This document shows positions 42,371-52,234 of a stretch of DNA of 64,000 bases, piece by piece. The DNA lies in contig JBEKSY010000011.1 in NCBI GenBank assembly GCA_049516595.1, forward strand, positions 25,063 through 89,062. The letters run 5' to 3'. The translations under genes and the position numbers were made by a program. The notes under the pieces are model-generated. The model did not search any database and was not told where the DNA came from. It saw only the letters and a program-made list of their open reading frames with translations. This DNA comes from Anaerolineales bacterium. GTDB taxonomy: Bacteria > Chloroflexota > Anaerolineae > Anaerolineales > RBG-16-64-43. The stretch's first letter is position 1. Every line of letters begins with the position of its first letter.

Positions 42371-43360
42371 ATGAAACTGGGATTCAAAACTGTGGCGCCC
42401 GTTCTGCTGGGCCTCCTCGTGAGCGGGTGTTCAAGCCCCCAGGATCTTCTGGCTCCCCACGGCTACATCGCAGGCAAGGAAGCTTGGTTGTTTTGGATCG
42501 TGCTCGCGATGGGGGCCGTCGTATTCCTGGGGGTCGAGGGGCTGATCCTCTTCATCGCGCTCCGCGATCGGCGCCGCAAGGGCGATCTGGCCGAACCCAA
42601 ACAGGTCTACGGAAACCGGTCCCTCGAGATCCTCTGGACGGCTATCCCCATTGGCCTGGTCCTCATCCTCTTTGGCCTCACCCTGGGCGTCATGGCGGCG
42701 GTGGCCCCTCCCTCGCCCTCCGCGGGGGATCTCACGGTCCAGGTCGTTGGCCATCAGTGGTGGTGGGAGTTCGATTACCCCAGCCTGGGGATCGTCACGG
42801 CCAATGAGCTGCACATCCCGGTGGGCGAATCGGTCCGGGTCCAGCTCGTGTCGGCCGACGTGATCCACAGCTTCTGGGTGCCCCAGCTGGCCGGCAAGAC
42901 CGATGTCATCCCTGGGCAGACCAACCTGATGTGGCTCCAGAGTAATCAAACCGGGACCTTTGACGGGCAGTGCGCCGAATTCTGCGGGCTGCAGCACGCG
43001 CACATGCGCTTCCAGGTTGTGGTGCAATCCGCGCAGGATTTTCAAACCTGGGTGGCGGCTCAGCAAGCTTCGCCCCCTGCGCCGCAGACCGACCTGGAGC
43101 AGCAGGGCTACCAGATTGTCATCAAGGGGGTTTGCTCGGGATGTCACACGGTCAACGGCACCACCGCTCGGGGCACGATCGGGCCCAACCTGACGCACGT
43201 TTTCTCACGCCAGACGATAGCGGGTGGCTCGATTCCGATCGGGCAGATGAGCGAATGGATCGAGGACCCGCAGGGCATGCTGCCGGGGAATGACATGGTC
43301 ATTCATCTCTCCAATGACGAGATCACCGCGGTTCTGGCCTACCTGGACACGCTCAAGTAA
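42371..43360 (+). CDS. ctaC: Cytochrome c oxidase subunit II with fused C-terminal cytochrome c (caa3 type)
   Basis: CuA site HSFWVP…CAEFCGLQHAHM. Heme-c motif CSGCH. Signal/lipobox-like MKLGFKTVAPVLLGLLVSGC. Confidence 0.9.
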   Translation: MKLGFKTVAPVLLGLLVSGCSSPQDLLAPHGYIAGKEAWLFWIVLAMGAVVFLGVEGLILFIALRDRRRKGDLAEPKQVYGNRSLEILWTAIPIGLVLILFGLTLGVMAAVAPPSPSAGDLTVQVVGHQWWWEFDYPSLGIVTANELHIPVGESVRVQLVSADVIHSFWVPQLAGKTDVIPGQTNLMWLQSNQTGTFDGQCAEFCGLQHAHMRFQVVVQSAQDFQTWVAAQQASPPAPQTDLEQQGYQIVIKGVCSGCHTVNGTTARGTIGPNLTHVFSRQTIAGGSIPIGQMSEWIEDPQGMLPGNDMVIHLSNDEITAVLAYLDTLK

Positions 43361-43371
43361 GCAGGGTTGAC

Positions 43372-45024
43372 ATGACCACACCAGCTCAAGCGCGACCGTT
43401 CCCGTTTCCCCTCCTGCGACCGGAGAGCCGGCTCATGAGCTGGCTGATGACGGTCGATCACAAACGCATCGGCCTGCTCTACCTGAGCACCGGATTCGTT
43501 TTCTTTCTGGTAGGCGGGCTGGAAGCGATGCTCATCCGCATGCAGCTGGCGCAGCCCAACGGCACCGTGCTCAACCCGGATCTCTACGACCAGATCTTCA
43601 CCATGCACGGGACCACCATGATCTTCCTGGCGGTCATGCCTCTGGGAGTCGGTTTCGCCAACTATATGATTCCGCTCCTGATCGGAGCACGCGACGTCGC
43701 TTTTCCCAAGCTTAACGCGCTCAGTTACTGGGTTTTCGTCTTGGGCGGAATCTTGATGTACAGCAGCTTTCCTCTGGGAGGGGCTCCTTCCGACGGCTGG
43801 TTCAGCTATGCGCCGCTCACCGAGCGCGCCTTCTCCCCCGGCAGCGGCATCGACTTCTGGATCCTGGGGATCCTGCTTCTGGGGCTCTCCACCACGATCG
43901 GCTCGATCAACTTCATCGTCACCATCATCCAGCTGCGCGCCCCGGGGATGACCTTCGACCGCATGCCGATCTTCGTCTGGGCCTTCCTGGTCACCTCGCT
44001 GATCGCGGTCTTCGCCCTGCCCTCGCTGACCGTGGCCGTGCTCCTGCTTCTCCTGGACCGCCAGCTGGGGACTCATTTCTACAACGTGGGGGCGGGGGGC
44101 AACGCCCTGCTGTGGCAGAACCTGTTCTGGTTCTTCGGCCACCCCGAGGTCTACATCCTCATCTTGCCCGCCATGGGCATCGTTTCCGAGGTGGTCCCGG
44201 TTTTCTCGCGCAAGCCGCTCTTCGGCTATCGCGTGGTGGCCTACTCCTCGGTGGCCATCGGCCTGCTGGGGTTCATGGTCTGGGCCCATCACATGTTCAC
44301 CACGGGCCTGCCCGCGGCCTCGCTGGCCGTCTTTTCTGCCGACAGCTTCGCGATCGGGGTGCCGACCGGGGTCAAGATCTTCTCGTGGCTCGCCACGATG
44401 TGGAGGGGCAAGCTGCGCCTCTCCACCCCCCTGCTGTTTGCGATCGGGTTCATCGCCCTGTTCGTGATCGGCGGCATTACCGGGATCATGCTGGCGGTCA
44501 TCCCTATTGACTGGCAGGTCGAGGACAGCTATTTCGTGGTCGGCCACCTGCACTACGTGCTCTTCGGAGGCTCGGTCTTCGGGCTGACCGCCGGGCTCTA
44601 TTACTGGTTCCCGAAGATGACCGGAAGAATCCTCAGCGAGGCGCTGGGCAAGCTGCACTTCGGGTTGATGTTCATCGGCATGAACCTGGTGTTCATGCCC
44701 TTCATCGTGTTGGGCCTGCTGGGCATGCCGCGCCGGATCTACACCTACTCTCCCGATCAGGGCTGGAGCAGCCTGAACCTCTTGGCCAGCGTGGGTGCCT
44801 TCCTGATTGCCATTTCGTTCCTGGTGCTCCTGTGGAATTTCATCCGCACCATGCGGCGGCCGGCGCAGGGCCTGGCCGACCCCTGGGACGCCTTCACCCT
44901 CGAGTGGAAGACCAGTTCCCCTCCGGCGCCTTACAACTTTAAGGAAATCCCGACGGTCGGCGGGCGCCGGCCCCTGTGGGACGAGAAGCATCCCGAGCAA
45001 GCAGACTGGAGGGCGGGACAATGA
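43372..45024 (+). CDS. ctaD: Cytochrome c oxidase subunit I
   Basis: WFFGHPEVYILILPAMG, HHMFTTG and other canonical heme-copper oxidase subunit I motifs. Confidence 0.95.
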   Translation: MTTPAQARPFPFPLLRPESRLMSWLMTVDHKRIGLLYLSTGFVFFLVGGLEAMLIRMQLAQPNGTVLNPDLYDQIFTMHGTTMIFLAVMPLGVGFANYMIPLLIGARDVAFPKLNALSYWVFVLGGILMYSSFPLGGAPSDGWFSYAPLTERAFSPGSGIDFWILGILLLGLSTTIGSINFIVTIIQLRAPGMTFDRMPIFVWAFLVTSLIAVFALPSLTVAVLLLLLDRQLGTHFYNVGAGGNALLWQNLFWFFGHPEVYILILPAMGIVSEVVPVFSRKPLFGYRVVAYSSVAIGLLGFMVWAHHMFTTGLPAASLAVFSADSFAIGVPTGVKIFSWLATMWRGKLRLSTPLLFAIGFIALFVIGGITGIMLAVIPIDWQVEDSYFVVGHLHYVLFGGSVFGLTAGLYYWFPKMTGRILSEALGKLHFGLMFIGMNLVFMPFIVLGLLGMPRRIYTYSPDQGWSSLNLLASVGAFLIAISFLVLLWNFIRTMRRPAQGLADPWDAFTLEWKTSSPPAPYNFKEIPTVGGRRPLWDEKHPEQADWRAGQ

Positions 45025-45590
45025 GAACCGCGGTCGAAGCGCGCAGGCGTGACGAAGGACTGGCGAAAACGGGCCTTCTGGCCGTCCTGGCTAGCGAGGC
45101 GGTTTTCTTTGGCACCCTGCTTACCGCTTACCTGTTCCTGCGCCTCAGCCAGCCGAACTGGCCCCTGCAAAAGGTCGGCCTCAGCCAGCTGGTCGTGCCC
45201 GGGCTCAATACCGGGATCCTGCTCCTGAGCGCCCTGGTGATCTCGCGCGCCAACCGGGCGATCGCCCGGGGGGATCGGCAGGGGCTGCAAGCCAGGCTGC
45301 TCCTGGTCGTGCTCCTGGGAGCGGTCTTCATTGCAGGGCAGCTGTTTGAGTTCCTGCGCCTGGGCTTGCGTCCAGGCGATCAGGCCTTCGGGGGGGTCTT
45401 CTTCACCCTGATGGGGTTCCACGCCTTGCACGTGGTCGCGGGGATGGTGATCGTGATCCTGGCCTACCTGCGGGCTCGTCTGGGCGATTTCAGCGCGCAT
45501 CGCCATATTGCGGTCCAGGTGTCTGCCTGGTTCTGGTACTTCGTCACGGCCGTCTGGGTCGTGATGTTCCTGGGACTGTATGTGGTCTGA
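45021..45590 (+). CDS. ctaE: Heme-copper oxidase subunit III family protein (5-TM type)
   Basis: ATGA overlap with ctaD. …ASEAVFFGTLLTAY…FFTLMGFHALHVVAG…WFWYFVTAVWVVMF. Confidence 0.85.
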   Translation: MRTAVEARRRDEGLAKTGLLAVLASEAVFFGTLLTAYLFLRLSQPNWPLQKVGLSQLVVPGLNTGILLLSALVISRANRAIARGDRQGLQARLLLVVLLGAVFIAGQLFEFLRLGLRPGDQAFGGVFFTLMGFHALHVVAGMVIVILAYLRARLGDFSAHRHIAVQVSAWFWYFVTAVWVVMFLGLYVV

Positions 45591-46416
45591 CCTATCGGCC
45601 TTCTGGGCGCTCGGCTGGCAGCCCGAACCCACGGCCATCGCCGGGGTGATCCTCCTCACCCTGGGGTACCTTCTTGCCGTCGGTCCCCTGCGGCAGCGGC
45701 TGGGAGGGGATCGGACTCCCTCGGCCGGGCAGCAAGCCGGTTTCCATCTGGGCACGCTGGTGGTGCTCCTGGCTCTGGTCTCGCCGCTCGACGTGCTGGG
45801 GGACCAGTACCTTTTCAGCGCCCACATGGTCCAGCATCTGCTCTTCCTGCTGGTGGCGGGGCCGTTGTGGCTGCAGGGCATTCCCCCCTGGCTCATGGGC
45901 TGGATCGTTCCGGCGGGATGGCCCCGCCGCGCCTTGCGCGCCGCCACTCGGCCGCTGGTCGCGTTCCTCCTCTATAGCGGGGTGATGTGGATCTGGCATC
46001 TGCCCGGGCTGTACAACGCGGCCCTCGAGAATGAGAGCCTGCATGCTTTTGAGCACCTCTCCTTTCTGGCGGCGTCTGTAATCGGCTGGTGGCCGGTGCT
46101 GGGACAGCTGCCGAGAGATGCTCCTCGGGCTTCCACCCTCACCCAAATGGTCTACCTTTTCCTGCTCGGGTTCCCCTGCACCGCCCTGTCCGCACTGCTG
46201 GTCTTTGCCCACCAGCCTCTGTACTCCTTTTACTTGACCGTTCCAAGGATTTGGGGCACGAGCGCCCTGGGGGATCAGGTCCTGGGCGGGGTCCTGATGT
46301 GGGTCCCCAGCCACATGGTCTACCTCACAGCCCTCTCCATCGTCTTCTTTCGCTGGCTCGAAGAGACCTCCGCCCAGTCCAGGGGTCTCCCGGTCGGCGG
46401 CGTGCACACCCGCTAG
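45580..46416 (+). CDS. ctaG: Cytochrome c oxidase assembly factor CtaG (caa3_CtaG family)
   Basis: Polytopic protein with FSAHMVQHLLFLLVAGPLWL and …HAFEHLSFL… motifs. Overlaps the ctaE end. Confidence 0.8.
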   Translation: MWSDLSAFWALGWQPEPTAIAGVILLTLGYLLAVGPLRQRLGGDRTPSAGQQAGFHLGTLVVLLALVSPLDVLGDQYLFSAHMVQHLLFLLVAGPLWLQGIPPWLMGWIVPAGWPRRALRAATRPLVAFLLYSGVMWIWHLPGLYNAALENESLHAFEHLSFLAASVIGWWPVLGQLPRDAPRASTLTQMVYLFLLGFPCTALSALLVFAHQPLYSFYLTVPRIWGTSALGDQVLGGVLMWVPSHMVYLTALSIVFFRWLEETSAQSRGLPVGGVHTR

Positions 46417-46425
46417 GAGTTGCCC

Positions 46426-46644
46426 ATGGACAATTCACCGGCACCCAACCTGCACATGCCCCGGCCCAGTCTCTGGCCCCTCGTCCTGGCGATCGGGCTG
46501 ACGATGATCATGGCGGGGGTGATCTCGACCCTCTGGGTGAGCCTGCTCGGCCTGGGAGTCCTGCTCATCGCCATCTGGCGCTGGACCCAAGAAAACCGCG
46601 AGTTCTCCCGCGAGGTCGATCCGCAGGAGGGGCGCAATGACTGA
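46426..46644 (+). CDS. Two-TM protein resembling the N-terminal module of oxidase subunit III
   Basis: HMPRPSLWPLVLAIGLTMIMAG resembles the Cox3 N-terminus (…PPS.WP…A.G…G). AGGAG sits 6 nt before ATG 46426. There is an 8-nt overlap with the next gene. Confidence 0.55.
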   Translation: MDNSPAPNLHMPRPSLWPLVLAIGLTMIMAGVISTLWVSLLGLGVLLIAIWRWTQENREFSREVDPQEGRND

Positions 46645-47221
46645 ATACCGTCCCGCCATGGCGCCGGTCGCCGAGCGCGACAACCCCAAGCTCGGGATCT
46701 GGGTTTTTCTCGGCAGCGAGGCCGTCTTCTTCCTCGCGCTTATTCTCACCAACGTGTACATCCGCTTGCACGATCCGGCAGGATATGCTCTGGCCCGACC
46801 GTTTCTGGACATCCCCCTGGTAGCATTCAATACGCTCGTCCTGATTGCCAGCAGCTACATGGTCGTGCGGGCGCTCGAAGCGATCCGCAAGGGAAGCCTG
46901 CGCGGCTTGCGCGCCAACCTGATCGGGGTCGGGATCCTGGGAGCGATGTTCCTGGGGGGTCAGGCCGTCGAATGGACTTTGCTCTTTCGAGCGGGGGTTT
47001 CTGTCACGAGCACGTTCGGCACGCCCTTCTTCACCCTCACGGGCATCCATGGCACCCACGTATTCATCGGATTGATCTGGCTCGCTTTGGTCCTGGCCTC
47101 GGCCTTGCGTGGGGCGTACAGCCGCGAAAACCACCGCGGGGTCGAGGCCTTTGGCCTCTACTGGCACTTCGTGGATGTGGTCTGGATCATCCTGTTCACC
47201 CTCTTCTACCTGGTTTATTGA
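46637..47221 (+). CDS. Second heme-copper oxidase subunit III family protein (5-TM type)
   Basis: …LGSEAVFFLALILTN…FFTLTGIHGTHVFIGLIWL…LYWHFVDVVWIILF. Confidence 0.85.
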   Translation: MTEYRPAMAPVAERDNPKLGIWVFLGSEAVFFLALILTNVYIRLHDPAGYALARPFLDIPLVAFNTLVLIASSYMVVRALEAIRKGSLRGLRANLIGVGILGAMFLGGQAVEWTLLFRAGVSVTSTFGTPFFTLTGIHGTHVFIGLIWLALVLASALRGAYSRENHRGVEAFGLYWHFVDVVWIILFTLFYLVY

Positions 47222-47229
47222 GCCCAGCC

Positions 47230-47514
47230 ATGAACGAACCTGCCGTTTCCTCTGCGCACGGAGCTTCCTACACCCTGGTCTTTGCCGGGCTGGTGGTCCT
47301 GACCGCGCTGGAGCTGGCCGCCAGCTACCTGCCCTTCGCGGCCAAGCTCCCCCTGCTGGTTCTCTTTGCTCTGACCAAAGCCTCGCTGGTCATCCTGTTC
47401 TTCATGCACGTGCGCTACGACAAAAAGATCTTCTTCATTTTCTTCGCGATCGGTCTGGTCCTGACCATCCCGCTCATGCTGGTCTTGGGACTGGTGATGC
47501 CCCCGCTGCACTGA
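47230..47514 (+). CDS. ctaF: Prokaryotic cytochrome c oxidase subunit IV (COX4_pro)
   Basis: 94 aa, three hydrophobic spans, with …KASLVILFFMHVRYDKK… typical of caa3 subunit IV. ATG 47230 is internal to ORF 46972..47514. Confidence 0.8.
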   Translation: MNEPAVSSAHGASYTLVFAGLVVLTALELAASYLPFAAKLPLLVLFALTKASLVILFFMHVRYDKKIFFIFFAIGLVLTIPLMLVLGLVMPPLH

Positions 47515-47870
47515 GCCAGGCGGCAGGCCGGCGCGCGGTTCCGCCGCCGAAAGTTATCCGCACAGAGGGTCCTCTTCCAGCCCCCCGGTATCCCCCCAAG
47601 GCTCTCGGCCTCATCCTGAAATGGACCTTCTGGTCTGGGCCCCTGGGTCGCTTCGGACGGTCGTGTCGCCCCGCCTCGTGTGAATCGGCACGCGTGGTCT
47701 GGTTCCCTTCCCCAGGCCGTTTCGCGTCATTGGATCGAACCGGGAGGTCTCTGCCCAATTCATTCCGCCGAACGCGACGGAAGGTGCCGGATGACTGGCC
47801 CCACGACCCGGGGAGGATGGACCGGGGAACTGGGATCGAGGCGGCACCCGCTGGGCAGGACCTGGACCGC

Positions 47871-49571
47871 TCAGGGCGCAGCCCGGAATCCAGCCCCCAG
47901 GTGTCCAGGCTGGAGAAGCTCCAGTTTCGGGCTGAAGAACCGCGTGCAGGGAATCGCGAGATTCCAACAATCAGCACCTTCGAGCGGCACCTTGAGGTCC
48001 AGACCGCTGTCGGTGGCGAGGAGCTGGTACGGGGGGAAAAGGGATCCGTCGGGAGGGCGGACGAGGTGGCTAGAGGAGATCGAGATCGGAACCGCGCGGA
48101 GTGGGATCAGGAAAACCAGAGAGGCCATCCAGACCAGGATCACCCAGGGGATCCGCCCGGTCTCCTTCAGGAAACCGAGCTGGTCGGCGACGAGAACCGC
48201 CATGCCCATCAGCAGTATCCAGAATGAGGCCCCCGCGAAGCGATAGGCCGGGGCGGTCAGGAACCAGAAAACAAGAGAGCTGAGCGGGAGGAGCGGAAAG
48301 AGCCAAAGGGCTGTCCGCTTCCATCGCGAGCGCCGGACGATCCAGAGCGCGATGGCGGCGATCCCCAGCAGGCCGGACCCGATCAGCGGGTAGACTGCGA
48401 AATTCGAGAGCTTGCTCAGCCAGTTGGGGAACCAGTCGTGGGGAGAATAGGCCTCGGAGGCGGACACGTCGGGATTGCGCGAGCGGGTCCAGATCCAATT
48501 CTGGTTAGCCAGGACACTCTCGGCGGGCATCCGCCACTCCACCGGCAGGGGAGCGAGCGCGCTGGGATAGCCCAGATACCCGCTCAGTAGGGCCGCTCTT
48601 CCCAGGTACCCGGCGGCGAGCACGGAGGCCGCCAGCCCGGGAGCGAGCAGGGCCGTCCAGGCGCGAGGACGATCGGGTTTTGGCGCGGAGCGCGCCCAGA
48701 CCGCAGTGGACATCAGACAGGCCACCGCCCCTGGCGCGATGAAGCTTAGCTTAACCGTAACCCCCGCCGCCGCGATCAGCCAGGTGAAGAACAGGGAATG
48801 GGCCCTGGGCCTTTGGTTCTCGTCTTCCGTCAGCAGGCGCAAGACCTGACTGGAAAGGACGATGCCCAGTGAGAAAAGCCCGGAGTCCGGCGAGAGGCTG
48901 GCAAACGTGTCACTGGTCGCATGGATGAGGATCGGGGCCAGAAGCAGCGCGTCAAACAGATGGTGGGGGCGCAAGGAGGCGCCCCGCCGCAGGACGTGGG
49001 CCAGTCCCACCACACCCTGGGCCGCGGCGAGGAAGAGCAGCAGGCCATTGGCCAGGTGAGCGGCGTTATTCTGGAAAGGCCCCTGATCCAGGAGCGCGGT
49101 GTAGAGGAAGTAAGCATTGTTGTACGCGAGAGCCGGGTCCAGGTTCCCCAGGCCGGGAACCACGGCCAAGGCCTTGGCCCAGGCTGTGGCCGACAGGTGG
49201 TAACGGGCCGTGTCCCCCAGGGCAATGGGCCGCATGGACTCGATCGCCAGGAAGGCCCCCACGGCGATCCAGGCCAGAAACAAAACCCGGCGGGTCCGCA
49301 TCGCTCGCCAGGCCAGGCCCAGCAGCCCCTTGGCCTCGAGCCCAAGGCCGAGCAGTCCCGATCCGATGAAGACCAGCACGACCGGCAGGCCAATGGGGGC
49401 GAAGAAGTTGACGATTTGCAGCGCCGCGATGACAGCGGCCCAGCCGATCCAGAAGCTCGCCAGCCAGGCTTCCAGGTCGGGGATCCCGAGGGCAAATGCC
49501 CGGCGTGCGATCAGGCCGATGCCGGAAAAGGCGAGGCCGAGCACGGCCCAGGCCACCAGGATCAGGATCAT
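47871..49571 (-). CDS. Large polytopic membrane protein, unknown function (possible glycan polymerase/ligase-like)
   Basis: 566 aa, hydrophobic through most of its length. C-terminal soluble tail has Cys pair …EGADCWNLAIPCTRFF…. No catalytic motif was recognised. Confidence 0.5.
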   Translation of the reverse strand: MILILVAWAVLGLAFSGIGLIARRAFALGIPDLEAWLASFWIGWAAVIAALQIVNFFAPIGLPVVLVFIGSGLLGLGLEAKGLLGLAWRAMRTRRVLFLAWIAVGAFLAIESMRPIALGDTARYHLSATAWAKALAVVPGLGNLDPALAYNNAYFLYTALLDQGPFQNNAAHLANGLLLFLAAAQGVVGLAHVLRRGASLRPHHLFDALLLAPILIHATSDTFASLSPDSGLFSLGIVLSSQVLRLLTEDENQRPRAHSLFFTWLIAAAGVTVKLSFIAPGAVACLMSTAVWARSAPKPDRPRAWTALLAPGLAASVLAAGYLGRAALLSGYLGYPSALAPLPVEWRMPAESVLANQNWIWTRSRNPDVSASEAYSPHDWFPNWLSKLSNFAVYPLIGSGLLGIAAIALWIVRRSRWKRTALWLFPLLPLSSLVFWFLTAPAYRFAGASFWILLMGMAVLVADQLGFLKETGRIPWVILVWMASLVFLIPLRAVPISISSSHLVRPPDGSLFPPYQLLATDSGLDLKVPLEGADCWNLAIPCTRFFSPKLELLQPGHLGAGFRAAP

Positions 49572-49642
49572 CGGGAGACCTTCCTCTGTCCCTGTTCAGC
49601 CCAAGCGGGGCGCTTCGCCTCGGCCCGCCCGGGCTCCAAGGG

Positions 49643-51355
49643 CTAGCGGGAGAGAATGACCCAGAGCAGGGCAATCGCGGACGCCCCGAAAAGCACGAAC
49701 GAAAAGGCCAGCTGCCCAGAGAGGTAGAGCTGGGAGGCCGTGACGAGTAAAGCGGCGAACACGATCCCCCCCACCATCTTGCGCATGGCCGTCTCAAGGC
49801 GGGACATGGCCCGGGTGACATCCGGTGTGCCCACGTCGAGTTCGCCCCGTTCGATCCGGGTCAAAAGCCCCTCGAAGCGCGAGGGCAGGCCCACCAGGAT
49901 CCTTCCCCAGCGCTCGCCCTCCTCCAGCAGCCACTCCCAGCGCGTGCCGGCTTCCTCCGCCAGCAGCTTCTGGGCAAAGGGCTCGATTCCCTGCCACACA
50001 TTGAAGGCAGGGTCCAGCCCGGTGCACATTCCGGAGAGGATGGCAACGGCTCGAACGAGCAGGATCAGGTTCTGGGGAACCTGGAAAGGCATGTCGTAGA
50101 TCAGCTCGCGGAATTCGCCCGCCAGTTCGTGCATTTCGGCGTGGCTGATATTGCGGAGCTCTGCCATGCTTTTGCCCCAGAACCGCTCCAGCACGCGGTT
50201 CTCGGCTCGTTCCAGCAGGGCCAGGTCCGCGCTGGGGAGCAGGATGCCCAGACTCTGGTAGGCCTGGACCATCCGATGCGTGTCGCGTGTGCCGACCGAG
50301 ATGGCCAGCTCGCGTACCGCCGTGCGCAGGCTCCTGGGCAGGCGCCCCACCATTCCGAAATCAACAAAGGTGAGCTGCCAGGGGCGGTGGGACGAATCCC
50401 CGCCGTATTTTTCCCCGAGCGGCGAAACAAACAGGTTGCCCGGATGCGGGTCGGCGTGGAAGAAGCCATCCTCAAAAACCTGCTTGAGGTAGGTGCGGAA
50501 GAGCCGGTCGGCGACCTCGGCTCGATTGACCCCGGCGGCCTCGATGGAGGTGTAGTCCGTGATCTTAATCGCGTAAACGTCCTCCAGCGTGAGCACGCGT
50601 CGGGTGGTGTGGCTCCACACCACCCGCGGAACCCGCACCTTTGAGTCGCCGCGGAAGTTTTCTGCGAAGACCTCCGCATTTCTTCCCTCGGCCAGGTAGT
50701 CCAACTCCTCATAGAGGATGCGGGTGAACTCCTGCAGGAGCGAGGGGATGTTCACCCGCCGCCGGATGGGCTCATAGCGATGAAGCCAATTCCCGATCGT
50801 GCGCAGGGCGGCCAGGTCAACCGCGATGATTCGCTCGATGTGAGGACGCTGGATCTTGACCACCACCTGGGTCAGGGGCGCAGGCCGCCCGCCTTCTTCG
50901 CCCGGCTGGAGACCGCCGCCTGAGGCGGCGGAGGCAGCGGCGGGCGGCTGCAGTCTGGCCCGATGGACTTGCCCAAGCGAGGCGGCCGCGAGCGGATCCT
51001 GCTCGAAGCTGGCAAATCGTTGCGCCAGGGGCCCGAGTTGGGCTTCCAGCTCCCGGCGGATTTCAGAGAAGTTCTCTGCGGGGACTTCATCCTGCAATCC
51101 GGAGAGCTCGGAAGTGATCTCCTCCGGGAAGACGTCCAGCCGGGAAGAGAAGAACTGGCCGACCTTGATCAGCACCCCGCCCATGCGGATGGCCAGCTTG
51201 CGGAAGTTGGCGGCCACCCGCCGCAGGCGAGCGGGTCGGGTCCGCTCCGCCCAACGCCGCAGCCCCAACCGGGGAAGGATCGCTTCCCAGAAGACCAGCG
51301 AGGCAATCGCCGAGGCGAAGAAGAATAGAATGCGGCGGTAGCGAACGGCAAACAT
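49643..51355 (-). CDS. ABC1/UbiB-family atypical kinase
   Basis: LIKVGQFFSSRLDVFPEEITSELSGLQDEVP…ASLGQVHRA…FHADPHPGNLF, plus C-terminal TM helices. ATG at 51355. Confidence 0.9.
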   Translation of the reverse strand: MFAVRYRRILFFFASAIASLVFWEAILPRLGLRRWAERTRPARLRRVAANFRKLAIRMGGVLIKVGQFFSSRLDVFPEEITSELSGLQDEVPAENFSEIRRELEAQLGPLAQRFASFEQDPLAAASLGQVHRARLQPPAAASAASGGGLQPGEEGGRPAPLTQVVVKIQRPHIERIIAVDLAALRTIGNWLHRYEPIRRRVNIPSLLQEFTRILYEELDYLAEGRNAEVFAENFRGDSKVRVPRVVWSHTTRRVLTLEDVYAIKITDYTSIEAAGVNRAEVADRLFRTYLKQVFEDGFFHADPHPGNLFVSPLGEKYGGDSSHRPWQLTFVDFGMVGRLPRSLRTAVRELAISVGTRDTHRMVQAYQSLGILLPSADLALLERAENRVLERFWGKSMAELRNISHAEMHELAGEFRELIYDMPFQVPQNLILLVRAVAILSGMCTGLDPAFNVWQGIEPFAQKLLAEEAGTRWEWLLEEGERWGRILVGLPSRFEGLLTRIERGELDVGTPDVTRAMSRLETAMRKMVGGIVFAALLVTASQLYLSGQLAFSFVLFGASAIALLWVILSR

Positions 51356-51581
51356 GGTTTTCCGGGCATCCTTCGCCCGGGAATTGGTCGAAGAGTGGGA
51401 CAGGGCACCCGGGGGGACCCAGTATAGCATGCAGGTCTGGGCGGCCCTCTCCCACCCGCGGGGAGCCTGCCGCCCAACGCGGAGTGTGCGCCCGCGGGCC
51501 AGCGAATGGAGGCCATCGCTCTGTTAGAATGTCTGCTCACGGGTTCTCGGGGAAAAGTAGAGGCTGGGGCAGGGAGGAGAA

Positions 51582-52205
51582 ATGAGACGGATCCAGGGCA
51601 AGTTCCTGCTGGTCGCAGGGGTCCTCCTGGGTTCCGCCGTTGGCTGCCTGGGCCTGCTCCCTCCGGCCTCGCCCACCCCCGATCTGGCGGCGGTGGTCCA
51701 GGCGACGGTGAGCGCGTTGGGACTGAGCACCCAGGCCGAGGCCCCGGTGTCCCCCACCCCGACCAGGACGCCGGCCCCGTCCTCTACGGGAGTGGCCCTG
51801 CCCGAGGTCACGATCACCCCCGTCGTTGTGGGCCAGGGCAGCATTTCGGGACACCTTTCGTACCCTTCCGAGGCGATTCCAGCGGAGAGGGTGGTCGCGT
51901 TCAGCACCGGCTCCCCGGCGTACTTTTTTGTGGATACGGCCGCCAACTCGGCCACCTACAAGATCCCCAACCTTCCTGCGGGGACCTACCACGTCGTCGC
52001 CTATGTGGCCCCCTCCGCGCCGGCGGGTTTCCCGATCGGTCTGGCGGCCGGGTACAGCCAGGCCGTGTTGTGCGGGTTGGTGTACGGCTGCAACGACCAC
52101 TCGCTGCTGGCGGTGGTGGTGAGTACCGGATCGGACACCCCGCAGATCAACCCGCAGGACTGGTATGCTCCGGCGGGGAGCTTCCCCCCGATGCCGACCC
52201 CCTGA
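51582..52205 (+). CDS. Secreted lipoprotein, hypothetical
   Basis: [22 protein letters not shown] (lipobox), a Pro/Thr linker, and a beta-rich domain. RBS GGGAGGAG lies upstream. Confidence 0.6.
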   Translation: MRRIQGKFLLVAGVLLGSAVGCLGLLPPASPTPDLAAVVQATVSALGLSTQAEAPVSPTPTRTPAPSSTGVALPEVTITPVVVGQGSISGHLSYPSEAIPAERVVAFSTGSPAYFFVDTAANSATYKIPNLPAGTYHVVAYVAPSAPAGFPIGLAAGYSQAVLCGLVYGCNDHSLLAVVVSTGSDTPQINPQDWYAPAGSFPPMPTP

Positions 52206-52234
52206 GGTTTGAGCTCTCCCGGCTTCCGAGGTTG

